Origin: Planctopirus limnophila DSM 3776
GTDB taxonomy: Bacteria > Planctomycetota > Planctomycetia > Planctomycetales > Planctomycetaceae
DNA length: 32,000 nt
Reading direction: 5' to 3'
NCBI RefSeq assembly: GCF_000092105.1
Contig: NC_014148.1
Coordinates: 4,650,001 to 4,682,000 of the forward strand
How positions within the stretch are numbered: the stretch's first letter is position 1; each line of letters opens with the position of its first letter. The notes beneath the pieces were generated by a model. It made no database searches and was not told where the DNA came from. It saw nothing but the letters and a program-made list of their open reading frames with translations. Positions 8,226-17,195 of this stretch are shown one piece after another. A program made the position numbers and the translations under genes.

Positions 8226-8999
8226 ATGCACCGTGTTGGTTTGTTCATCCCCTGTTATATCGATCAGATCTACCCTGATGTCGGCCTCGCCACTTGCGAT
8301 GTGCTGGAGCGGTTTGGCTGCGAAGTCGATTTCCCCAAAGACCAGACCTGCTGCGGCCAGCCCATGGCCAACACCGGCTGTACCGTCGACGCCATCCCGG
8401 TCGCCAAAAAATTCATCGAGCTCTTCGCCAGTTACGACCACATTGTCTGTCCTTCGGGAAGCTGTGTGGCCATGATTCGCAGTCATTACGAACATCTGCT
8501 TCACGATGAAATTGAAGCGGGCCGGGTCGATCGAGCCAAGTTCAAACACGTCGAAAAGAACACACTCGAACTCGTCGAGTTTCTGGTCGATGTCCTCAAG
8601 GTCGAGTCGCTGGATGTTCCCTTTCCGCACAAGGTCGGCCTGCATCAAAGCTGTCATGGCCTCCGCGAATTAAGGCTGGGCCAGTGCAGTGAACTGGTCT
8701 CACCCGCTTACAGCAAAGCCGAACAACTCCTCAAAACCATGCCCGGGCTGCAACTGGTGGGACTGAAGCGGGTGGATGAATGCTGCGGCTTTGGCGGGAC
8801 ATTTGCCATTAACGAAGAGGCCGTCTCGTGCATGATGGGGAATGACCGGATTCACGATCACGAAGAGGCTGGAACCGAAGTGATGACCGCTGGCGATATG
8901 TCGTGCCTGATGCATTTACAGGGACTGCTGGTCCGTCAGAAAAAACCGATCAAGATCATGCATCTCGCTCAGATTTTTGCCGGTCGAGCCGTGACCTAA
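8226..8999 (+). CDS. lutA: Lactate utilization protein A, (Fe-S)-binding CCG-domain oxidoreductase subunit
   Basis: From the ATG at 8226: MHRVGLFIPCYIDQIYPDVGLATCDVLERFGCEVDFPKDQTCCGQPMANTG. A second cysteine-rich CCG motif, DECCGFGGTF, follows. This is the LutA/GlpC-like architecture. Confidence 0.8.
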   Translation: MHRVGLFIPCYIDQIYPDVGLATCDVLERFGCEVDFPKDQTCCGQPMANTGCTVDAIPVAKKFIELFASYDHIVCPSGSCVAMIRSHYEHLLHDEIEAGRVDRAKFKHVEKNTLELVEFLVDVLKVESLDVPFPHKVGLHQSCHGLRELRLGQCSELVSPAYSKAEQLLKTMPGLQLVGLKRVDECCGFGGTFAINEEAVSCMMGNDRIHDHEEAGTEVMTAGDMSCLMHLQGLLVRQKKPIKIMHLAQIFAGRAVT

Positions 9000-9085
9000 T
9001 GCACGATTTTTGATTCATCGAGACTGCCTCAAGCCCTTTTAAACAACGATTACTCAGAGATATCGAACATTCCTCGGAGCCCGAG

Positions 9086-10483
9086 ATGATTGCTGCCAAG
9101 CACGATCACCCGACCAACGCCCAGAAGTTCACCGATAATGAGCCGCGTGCCCACTGGCACGATCAGGCAATCTGGTTTGTGCGCTCCAAGCGGGATAAAG
9201 CCGCCTGGACATTGCCGGAATGGGAGCTGCTGCGTGAGCGGGCTTCACAAATCAAAACACACATGCTCTCGAACCTTGCGGGATATCTCGAACAGTTCGA
9301 AGCCGAAGCCACCAAACGTGGAGCCGTCGTCCATTGGGCCAAGGATGCCGCCGAGCATAACGAGATCGTCTTAAGCCTCTTGCAGAAGCACGGCGTCAAA
9401 AAAGTCGTGAAAAGCAAATCGATGCTCACGGAAGAGTGCCATCTCAATCCGTTTCTCGAGCGGCATGGCCTCGAAGTGGTTGATACCGATCTGGGGGAAT
9501 GGATTGTCCAGCTTCTGCATGAACCACCCAGCCATATCGTCATGCCCGCCATTCACATCAAGCGGGAAGAAGTGGGCGAGCTGTTCCATGAACATCTGGG
9601 AACGGAAAAGGGAGCCACCGATCCTCCTTACCTTGTGAATGCTGCTCGTGTCGAATTGCGGCAGAAGTTCCTCGGTGCGGAAGCCGGCATCACAGGGGTG
9701 AACTTCGCAATTGCCGAGACAGGCGGCTTTGTCGTCTGCACGAATGAAGGGAACTGCGATTTAGGAGTTTCGCTGCCGAAATTGCATATTGCCTGCATGG
9801 GGATGGAAAAGATCATTCCGAGGGCCGCCGATCTGTCGGTCTTCCTCCGTTTGCTGGCACGCTCAGCGACCGGGCAGCCGATCACGACTTACTCGTCTCA
9901 TTTCCATGGCCCGATGGAAGGTGGCGAACTGCATATTGTGATCGTCGATAATGGCCGCAGCAAAATTCTCGGGACGCCCGAGTTTCGCAGGTCTCTGCAC
10001 TGCATTCGCTGTGGTGCCTGCATGAATACCTGCCCGGTCTATCGCCGCAGTGGCGGGCACAGCTACGAAACGACTGTCCCCGGCCCGATTGGCTCGATCC
10101 TCGCCCCATCGCGCGACCCGGCTCAACACAGCACGTTACCATTTGCCTGCAGCTTGTGCGGCTCATGCAGTGATGTCTGCCCTGTGAAGATCGATCTGCA
10201 TCTGCAGCTCCTCACCTGGCGAAAGCAGATTGCCGCCCTGGGGCTTCTCCCCTTTGACAAACGCTGGGGCATGTGGTTTGCCGGCAAGCTCTTCAGCCAC
10301 CCCAGGCTGTATGAGTTCATGGGGAAAGTCGGCCGAAAGCTCTGGCCCTGGCTCCCCAGATTCATGGTCTACAACGGCCTCAACAAGTGGGGCAAACAAC
10401 GCGAACTCCCCCCGATGCCAAAGAAGTCTTTCCGGGAATTGTATGCGGAGAGACAGAAGATCGCCGAGAAATCTAAGAACTAA
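9086..10483 (+). CDS. lutB: Lactate utilization protein B (LUD domain plus two 4Fe-4S ferredoxin motifs)
   Basis: 465 aa. It has an LUD-domain core (GITGVNFAIAETGGFVVCTNEGN) and the cluster motifs CIRCGACMNTCPVY and CSLCGSCSDVCPVKI. Confidence 0.85.
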   Translation: MIAAKHDHPTNAQKFTDNEPRAHWHDQAIWFVRSKRDKAAWTLPEWELLRERASQIKTHMLSNLAGYLEQFEAEATKRGAVVHWAKDAAEHNEIVLSLLQKHGVKKVVKSKSMLTEECHLNPFLERHGLEVVDTDLGEWIVQLLHEPPSHIVMPAIHIKREEVGELFHEHLGTEKGATDPPYLVNAARVELRQKFLGAEAGITGVNFAIAETGGFVVCTNEGNCDLGVSLPKLHIACMGMEKIIPRAADLSVFLRLLARSATGQPITTYSSHFHGPMEGGELHIVIVDNGRSKILGTPEFRRSLHCIRCGACMNTCPVYRRSGGHSYETTVPGPIGSILAPSRDPAQHSTLPFACSLCGSCSDVCPVKIDLHLQLLTWRKQIAALGLLPFDKRWGMWFAGKLFSHPRLYEFMGKVGRKLWPWLPRFMVYNGLNKWGKQRELPPMPKKSFRELYAERQKIAEKSKN

Positions 10484-10588
10484 TTCCGCATGATCAATCC
10501 TTCAGAGTTCTTCAAATCGTAACGACAGAGAGCTGTTCCGAGAGAGTTCCCGATCGCTTCGCTATGCTTGTCGCAACACAAGAAAGAA

Positions 10589-10628
10589 CTGTTGTTTTCT
10601 GAATCAACCTGTTGTTTTCTGAATCAAC
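10589..10628 (+). repeat. Perfect 20-bp tandem duplication (ctgttgttttctgaatcaac, two copies) at the 5' edge of the low-GC cassette
   Basis: The two units at 10589-10608 and 10609-10628 are identical when read directly. Confidence 0.9.
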
Positions 10629-10701
10629 TCAGTGCAGTGTAGAACAACTGAACGAACAGCTCTCAGGCAGTTTTGCGGGAATTGAAGCGATCGAATCACC
10701 A

Positions 10702-11553
10702 ATGTTGAACTTTGGGTTCTGGAATACCTATCGCAAATCACTCGTTGAGCCAGTCATCGAGTGGGTTCATGAATTCGAACTGAATATTGTGCTTTTGGCG
10801 GAATCGACTCTTTCGTCTCAATCTCTGGCGGAAATGCTGTCCATTTCGTCAGGGCAAGTTTGGAGTTATCCGAAAAATCCCATTCGTCGATTTTGTGTGG
10901 CGTATCGAGAGCCTCTGCTATCTTTTGAACCAGTGTATGTCGACCGGAGTGAGCGTGCCCCGTTACTCGAACTTCGCACTGGCCATGAAACGCTTCTGAT
11001 CGCACTGGTCCATCTGCCCTCACTGCTGCACCGTGACGAAACCGATCAGGATATCATCATCTCAGATCTCATCAGCCGTATCGACGAGCAAGAGAAGTTC
11101 GCAGGTCATTCCAGAACGATGGTGATTGGCGACTTCAATTTGAATCCGTTCTCCCGGCAAGTCATCGGCGCTAACGGGCTGCATGCCACCATGTCTCGCC
11201 AACTGGTGAAAAAAGGCTCAAGAACAGTTGACGGTAATGAGCGAAAAATGTTCTACAATCCCATGTGGCGATTTCTCGGAGATGATGGCGAACATCCACC
11301 CGGCACCCATTTTTACAGATCATCGACATCGAATGCCTATTTTTGGCATGTGTTCGATCAGGTACTCTTGAGAAATGAACTGACAGATCGATTGGTTGAC
11401 CTGAAGATTATTACAAAGCTCAACTCCTTCAGCTTGCTGAATGACTCTGGGCAGCCAGATCGCGAAAATTTTTCTGATCACTTTCCTGTTGTCTTGAAAT
11501 TAGCATCGCCTGTTTCCCAAGAGGCCCCACATGGCAACTTCGCAAATTCCTGA
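10702..11553 (+). CDS. Endonuclease/exonuclease/phosphatase (EEP, DNase-I-fold) family protein with no signal peptide. The track ORF starts at TTG 10612; ATG 10702 is preferred.
   Basis: All EEP catalytic motifs are present in order: MLNFGFWN (Asn), IVLLAES (Glu), LVHLPS (His), MVIGDFNLNPF (Asp/Asn), FDQVLL (Asp), FSDHFPVVLKL (Asp-His). GC is about 42-45% in hand-counted lines. Confidence 0.75.
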   Translation: MLNFGFWNTYRKSLVEPVIEWVHEFELNIVLLAESTLSSQSLAEMLSISSGQVWSYPKNPIRRFCVAYREPLLSFEPVYVDRSERAPLLELRTGHETLLIALVHLPSLLHRDETDQDIIISDLISRIDEQEKFAGHSRTMVIGDFNLNPFSRQVIGANGLHATMSRQLVKKGSRTVDGNERKMFYNPMWRFLGDDGEHPPGTHFYRSSTSNAYFWHVFDQVLLRNELTDRLVDLKIITKLNSFSLLNDSGQPDRENFSDHFPVVLKLASPVSQEAPHGNFANS

Positions 11554-11935
11554 TCTGTGGTCTGATCAGATTCTGCCAGCCGTCGCGACACCAAAATCTT
11601 TATTGGAAATGCAGGCAAAAAAACTCGCCACACATACCAATGGATTGGTGGTCGCGGAAGTAACCAAGTCAGAACGCTCTGCAGATACCATTTCCCATCA
11701 TCTCGTTGTGCGAGCACCTGCCCGGAACTTCTCACAGGAAGTCCTTGAAATTCGCCACCATAAAATGGTCGTCTATCCTTGCACTATTCATGCGGAAGAG
11801 CTGGAAAGTGAATTTGCTGACGAAGCCGAGGCATATAGCCCTCAACAGGTTCTCGATGCACTCGCACAAGTTCTAAAGTCACCTCGAATTGTCGCACTTG
11901 TCAATTCCCTTGTTGCCCTCAGCAATGACGACTGA
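11531..11935 (+). CDS. Hypothetical 134-aa protein; its start overlaps the EEP gene stop by 23 nt
   Basis: It has an ATG start and an unbiased, non-repetitive composition (MATSQIPDLWSDQILPAVATPKSLLEMQAKKL...). It is the only ORF over this interval in any frame. I recognise no family. Confidence 0.55.
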   Translation: MATSQIPDLWSDQILPAVATPKSLLEMQAKKLATHTNGLVVAEVTKSERSADTISHHLVVRAPARNFSQEVLEIRHHKMVVYPCTIHAEELESEFADEAEAYSPQQVLDALAQVLKSPRIVALVNSLVALSNDD

Positions 11936-12025
11936 CCTGGCTGAGCATATCCATGTTTTCATGCTCCACAAAATTTTGTTACGACCTGACTTTCGCCTTC
12001 AGATGAACCTTTGAAAACCCCCACC

Positions 12026-13042
12026 ATGCCTGAACCTACTGTGATTCTCTCTGCCTTTGCGGATGAAGCGGCGAATACCAAGTCGGCCGTCGAGCAGTTT
12101 TCATCCCTTTCCGCATTAGGGCTGTCTTACTACAGCCCCCGGTTTGTCGATGTCGCGGGCACGGGGCAGGTGCAGCATGTGACCGAACTCGATAAGTCAC
12201 AACTTAAGCAACTCGCCACCTTGCAGACGCAGTACGGCATGAAGGTCTGCAGCATTGGCTCCAGGCTCGGCAAGGTCAAACTCTTCGATCAGGAAGATGG
12301 CTCTCATAACCGCTATGTCACTCCCAAGAAGTATCTGGAAACAGAAGTTGCCGCCACAATCCGCGCTGCCGAAGCTCTGGGCGCCAAGATCATTCGCGGA
12401 TTCTCGTTCTATCACCCGCGTGGTGAAGATGCTCTGAAGTACATTCAACCCGCAGCCGATGCCCTCGGCCCGATTGTCGAAGCCTGTGCCAAAGCCGGCC
12501 TCGTTTACGGCCTCGAAGTCGAAGCCAATCTCGTGGGTCAGAATGGACGAACTCTCGCGGCCCTGGCCAAAGCGGTCAAAAAGCCCAATCTCATCTGCAT
12601 CTTCGATGGCGGGAATCTCTCCAGCCAGAATCTGCCACCCGAAGCCTGCTTTGCAGAATACCTCGCCATGCGCGATGTCTATGGCTACATGCACATCAAG
12701 GATTACAAGATTGATCCGAAGCTGCAGTGGAATGGCGTTGTCGATGAAGAGCGGCTCAAAAATTTCGTCCCCGCCGACGTCGGCGATTCGGGCCACGAAC
12801 GAATTCTTCGCGATCTCAAAGAGTCTCTCCCCAAAATCGAAAAGAAGATGCAGAAACTCGGCCTGCCGGGAACATTTCTCGAACTCGAACCTCACCTCAA
12901 AGGTGGCGGTCAGTTCGGTGGCTTCAGCGGCCCCGATGGCATGGGTGTCGCTGTCCGTGCTCTTTGTAAGCAACTCGACTACATCGGCATCAACTACCGC
13001 CTGCGAGATTTCCTCGACATCCGCGCTGCCCGCGGCTTCTAA
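12026..13042 (+). CDS. Sugar phosphate isomerase/epimerase (xylose-isomerase-like TIM barrel) family protein
   Basis: [15 protein letters not shown]..., [30 protein letters not shown] and YMHIKDY are typical of the AP-endonuclease-2 / xylose-isomerase-like fold. The specific substrate is unknown. The start is taken at ATG 12026; the track uses TTG 12011. Confidence 0.7.
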   Translation: MPEPTVILSAFADEAANTKSAVEQFSSLSALGLSYYSPRFVDVAGTGQVQHVTELDKSQLKQLATLQTQYGMKVCSIGSRLGKVKLFDQEDGSHNRYVTPKKYLETEVAATIRAAEALGAKIIRGFSFYHPRGEDALKYIQPAADALGPIVEACAKAGLVYGLEVEANLVGQNGRTLAALAKAVKKPNLICIFDGGNLSSQNLPPEACFAEYLAMRDVYGYMHIKDYKIDPKLQWNGVVDEERLKNFVPADVGDSGHERILRDLKESLPKIEKKMQKLGLPGTFLELEPHLKGGGQFGGFSGPDGMGVAVRALCKQLDYIGINYRLRDFLDIRAARGF

Positions 13043-13070
13043 TCCGCTTTGCATGAAGAAAGAGCCCACC

Positions 13071-13152
13071 GTGTGCCATGCTTGCAGCCTGCCTAAGTTA
13101 ATACTGGGCAAGCATGTTTTCGTGACCAACCACGCGCAGTTGTTTCCTGGGA
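13071..13152 (+). repeat. Family-A repeat, copy 2 (enlarged loop)
   Basis: gtgtgccatgcttgcagcctgcctaagttaatactgggcaagcatgttttcgtgaccaaccacgcgcagttgtttcctgggaa. Confidence 0.85.
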
Positions 13153-13278
13153 ACCGTATCAGGCCCCAAAATGTGAATTTTTTGTGACTCTCAGGCAACT
13201 GGATTGACTGAGTGTCGCTGATTCGTCACTATCAATTGCACATCAATTTCATTGATCTTTTGCGATGCAAGTGGGGCG

Positions 13279-14088
13279 ATGATGGCGAGCGGCATTCAAT
13301 TGGTGATCTTTGACTGGGCTGGGACGACCATTGATTTCGGTTCGCTCGCACCTGTCCGGGCCTTTGTGGAACTCTTCCGCCGGGAAGATGTCGCTGTCAC
13401 GACGGCCCAGGCTCGTGTCCCGATGGGCATGCACAAAAAAGATCACATCCGCGAGATGCTGCGGATCAGTGATGTCGCTGCCCGCTGGCAGGCGGCCAAA
13501 GGAAGTCCCTGGACAGAAGCTGATGTCGATCGCCTCTATCATGCCGTCGCACCAATCCAGCTTGATACGATCCGGCAATCGGCAGAACTCGTCCCCGGTT
13601 TAGTGCCAGTCATCGAGAATCTGCGGCAAACCGGTCTGAAGATTGGTGGCACCACCGGCTACTTTGTAGCGGCTGCTCAACTCGTTCTCGAACAAGCCCA
13701 ATCCCAGGGCTTTATTCCCGATTGCTCCGTCAACGGCGACGAAGTCCCCAAGGGACGACCAGCACCCTGGATGGTCTATCGCGTGATGCAGCAACTGAAC
13801 GTCTACCCTCCCTCGGCTGTCCTCAAAGTCGGAGATACCCTGCTCGATATCGAAGAAGGGCTCAACGCCGGTGTCTGGAGTGTCGGCGTCTGCGATTCCA
13901 GCAGCGAGTGCGGCTACTCTCTCGACGAGTGGCAACAGCTCTCCGAGCAGCAGCGGGCCGCATCAATCTCGCGGGTGAAGGACAAATTCCTCGCAGCCAA
14001 AGCCCATGCCGTCATCGATTCGATCCACGAACTTCCCGCATTGGTGAAATCGATCAACGAACGGATCGCTCGCGGCGAAAAGCCTTAA
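13279..14088 (+). CDS. phnX: Phosphonoacetaldehyde hydrolase (phosphonatase), HAD superfamily
   Basis: VIFDWAGTTIDFGS (HAD motif I), ARVPMGMHKKDHIREML, GGTTGY, PKGRPAPWM and KVGDTLLDIEEGLNAGVWSVGV all align closely with the Bacillus cereus PhnX sequence as I recall it. Confidence 0.85.
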   Translation: MMASGIQLVIFDWAGTTIDFGSLAPVRAFVELFRREDVAVTTAQARVPMGMHKKDHIREMLRISDVAARWQAAKGSPWTEADVDRLYHAVAPIQLDTIRQSAELVPGLVPVIENLRQTGLKIGGTTGYFVAAAQLVLEQAQSQGFIPDCSVNGDEVPKGRPAPWMVYRVMQQLNVYPPSAVLKVGDTLLDIEEGLNAGVWSVGVCDSSSECGYSLDEWQQLSEQQRAASISRVKDKFLAAKAHAVIDSIHELPALVKSINERIARGEKP

Positions 14089-14136
14089 TTCATGACGATC
14101 AGCTCTGATACGCTTTTCATGAAATCATAGCGCTCT

Positions 14137-14338
14137 GTGTGCCATGCCCTGGGCTGTCTATGACACACAACATTGCATGCCTATTGATCTGAAGTGTGGC
14201 ATGTGACTGCGTGGCTGGGGTCAAACGTCCTCGTTTGCCCCCTGGTCATGGGGACATTGATCATCCCTGGCGAACTTTCTCACCTGTCATGAAGCATGTC
14301 TTCACAACCAGCCACGCGCTGTTACTTCCAGGAAAACG
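14137..14338 (+). repeat. Family-A repeat, copy 3: fragmented or expanded. A degenerate 5' arm at 14137-14160 and a good 3' half at 14289-14338 are separated by about 130 bp.
   Basis: The 5' part reads gtgtgccatgccctgggctgtct. The 3' part reads gaagcatgtcttcacaaccagccacgcgctgttacttccaggaaaacg and ends 2 nt before the FG-GAP gene stop codon. Confidence 0.6.
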
Positions 14339-14340
14339 TA

Positions 14341-16752
14341 TTACCTCGCTTTGGCAGGTTGAGCCTGAGCTCCTGTTGATGATGGAACCGCAGGAGTCTT
14401 CTGTGTGGTCCGAGCTGGCTCAGGCGATTCCACCGTATCCTGTGGGTAGATCAGCACGCGATCTTTCGCCAGCAGAATTAGATCCGTCCGGCCATCGCCC
14501 GTCACATCGGCGGCAATCCCTTCGCGAGGCTCGCCACTGCCACCTTCGTCGTCATCGAACGATTTCTGCTCGAATACCCGAAAACTGAGAGCCGCCTCCA
14601 GCCCGGTACTGGGGCGATACTGCACAAGTTGCAGGTATTGGCTGCGTGTGTCGATGATTGCCAGATCTGTCCAGCCATCATCATTAAAGTCCCCAGCGAT
14701 AAGATCAGCCGGATAGGTCTTTTCCTGTGTCATTTCGAACTGGCCCAGCTCAGCAATTTTGGGAGAGACACCGCCGCTATAAAGGACTGCCATCCGATCA
14801 GTCCCCAGGACGAGGAGATCCTGTTGATGATCACCATTGAAATCGCCGGTCTTGAACTGCAGGAAAGGGAAGTCTCCCATGTCGATTTCCTTCCACGCCA
14901 CCAGACCCTCCGGTGCCTGGCGATAAACACGCAGTTTGCTTAACCCACCGTCATACAGCACAACTTCGGGTCCCGGCTGTCCATCGAGTTCAATCGTTGT
15001 GCCTCCCATCAGTCGAGCGTTGGATTCCGGAGCAGTGTACTGCATCACGATCTGCCAGCCCTTAGCCTGGTCATAAGTCACAAACCGCACCAGGTTATCC
15101 TGCGATATCAGCAAGCCCTTAGCGTTGCCGAACTCGGCAATCGAGGTTCCCACCGCCCCTGCCATACCCGGGCCTAACGGGCCTGTCGAGTTAATCTCTG
15201 TCACCACGCCCTGATCGCCGAAACTCAGCACGATAGGCGACTTTCCTGCACCCTGAAAGACGAGCAGTTCCGACCGGTTATTCCCCGTAAGATCACCCGC
15301 AAGCATTCCTTCGGCACGCCCCTTGAGTGGTACGGTGTAGCTCTCCTGATCTCCGAATTTGAAGGGCACGAACTTCGTGCCGTTATGTGTCAGTGCTCGC
15401 AGCTTGCTCGAGTAATCACGTCCACTCTTACTCGCTTCGAGATACAGCAACTCGACCTGACCATCGCCATCAAGATCCGCCATTTCCAACGCGACAGGCT
15501 CAGTATCAATCGAGATCAACTCCGGGAAAGGTATCCGATCACCGCGGAAGGAAGTCACTCCCAGCGATTTTTCAGCCACACTCTGCACGATCATTTCGAG
15601 GCCGGGCACACCATCAACATTGGCCAATCGAAGCTGGTCGGCACCTTTAAGCGATGGCCAGCCAGTTCCCAAATCGAGCCCGAAGCGAGGATCCTGCCGA
15701 AAGAGCAATACGCGCGAAGCGGCTCCATCAGAGACGAGAATATCTGTCAGACCATCCTGATCGACATCACCAATAGCGACTGAGCGATCTTTGGCCGTTC
15801 CCCCCGGGCCAAAACCAAACTGCACCAGTCGATCCGGAAGTTCACCCGCTTTGCGTGCTTCCATTTCGATCTTCGATAAGCGAATCCGGCCATTTCGAGA
15901 ATCAATCGTGACAATTTCATTCCCTGGCTGGGCATCGATGTTCGCCAGCGTCACAGAACGGGGACGATCCAGATCAAAGAGAAACTCGGCTCCAAGAGTT
16001 TTGTTCCCGCGACCAAAGCGAACGCCCAGTTTGCGGTTGTTTCCTTCACCCGCTAAGTAGACCAGATCAGCGAGACCGTCGCCGTTGAGATCAGAAATCT
16101 GCACCAGACCCATCTTCTCCGAAGTATTGAGCAGCTTCTGCACGGGTGCCATCTGCCCCGAGGCCAGTTGCAGAAACAAACTCGTTTCCCGCTCTCCCAG
16201 AACGACCAGATCGGTCCGGTCATCCTGATTCAAATCACCAGCCGCGAGCGACCACGACGCTGTACTCATATCCGCCACACGCTGCTCAAACTTCCGGTTC
16301 CAGGTTCCTTTCTCAGGCTGGTAAAGAATGACCAGCTGGTCTGGTGCGCCCAGGTAGGCAATATCTGTCCGGCCATCTTTGTCAAAATCGCCTGTTGTTA
16401 ATGAAAGAATCTCATGATCCACAGGCAACTTGACATGCTCAAACAACGAGCTTTGCTGCACTTTATTCACTTCGCGCGAAGCCACAGCATGGGGTGTGGT
16501 TTCTTTACGCTGAAGCAGCAGATCGATCCGGTTGTGGCTGTTATCGACCGCCAAAAGATCGATCAAGCCGTCATGATTCACATCGGCCGAGTGAAGAAAC
16601 TTCGAGCGATCCTCGAGCTTCATGACTTCCAGCGGACCAAATCCGTAGTAACCAGCCAAACGGGAAGATTCTTCCGTCATTTGTGCAGTGGCGATCGAAC
16701 AGAACTGCACAGCAGCGAGGACAAAACCCGCACACTTCCAGGAACCTGCCAT
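14341..16752 (-). CDS. Large secreted FG-GAP/VCBS-repeat (integrin-alpha-like beta-propeller) protein
   Basis: At least 9 Ca-binding-type repeat cores are present: DVNHDGLIDLL, GDFDKDGRTDIA, GDLNQDDRTDLVV, DLNGDGLADLV, GDVDQDGLTDILV, DLDGDGQVELL, GDFNGDHQQDLLV, GDFNDDGWTDLA, DVTGDGRTDLIL. From the ATG at 16752 there is a signal-peptide-like start, MAGSWKCAGFVLAAVQFCSIATAQ. The track ORF extends to 16833. Confidence 0.85.
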   Translation of the reverse strand: MAGSWKCAGFVLAAVQFCSIATAQMTEESSRLAGYYGFGPLEVMKLEDRSKFLHSADVNHDGLIDLLAVDNSHNRIDLLLQRKETTPHAVASREVNKVQQSSLFEHVKLPVDHEILSLTTGDFDKDGRTDIAYLGAPDQLVILYQPEKGTWNRKFEQRVADMSTASWSLAAGDLNQDDRTDLVVLGERETSLFLQLASGQMAPVQKLLNTSEKMGLVQISDLNGDGLADLVYLAGEGNNRKLGVRFGRGNKTLGAEFLFDLDRPRSVTLANIDAQPGNEIVTIDSRNGRIRLSKIEMEARKAGELPDRLVQFGFGPGGTAKDRSVAIGDVDQDGLTDILVSDGAASRVLLFRQDPRFGLDLGTGWPSLKGADQLRLANVDGVPGLEMIVQSVAEKSLGVTSFRGDRIPFPELISIDTEPVALEMADLDGDGQVELLYLEASKSGRDYSSKLRALTHNGTKFVPFKFGDQESYTVPLKGRAEGMLAGDLTGNNRSELLVFQGAGKSPIVLSFGDQGVVTEINSTGPLGPGMAGAVGTSIAEFGNAKGLLISQDNLVRFVTYDQAKGWQIVMQYTAPESNARLMGGTTIELDGQPGPEVVLYDGGLSKLRVYRQAPEGLVAWKEIDMGDFPFLQFKTGDFNGDHQQDLLVLGTDRMAVLYSGGVSPKIAELGQFEMTQEKTYPADLIAGDFNDDGWTDLAIIDTRSQYLQLVQYRPSTGLEAALSFRVFEQKSFDDDEGGSGEPREGIAADVTGDGRTDLILLAKDRVLIYPQDTVESPEPARTTQKTPAVPSSTGAQAQPAKAR

Positions 16753-17195
16753 GTTTGGAGATCGAGTTATCAATGTTCTGCTGCCACGAATGATTGCCTG
16801 GAGCATTGCTTCCATTTCCCTCTGTATCATCACGCAACCTGAGAGCCTCTTCAGGCACCAGGTTTATGCGAAGACTTCAATTTTCATGTTGAGAAACTTG
16901 GTTCTCCGCCAGACGAGGTTCGTCAATCAATGAATCGACGATGAAGTCGCTGGAGATTCTCCAATGTGAATTCCTTCACATTGTTTGTACTCCCCGCGCG
17001 AAGTGTCGGCAACAATCACCTGAGCAATCTCTCCCGCCACATTCAGGAATCCGCGATTTCCACTCACACGAACGCTGTGCATTGTTGCCACCCAGGTCGT
17101 CTGGAAAAAACTCCCTGAACTCGCCTCCCGCTTGACGCATGGGATTGTGGCTAATAGCTTCCTGAGAAGTATTTGCTGCGCTGCCGGGAAACGAT

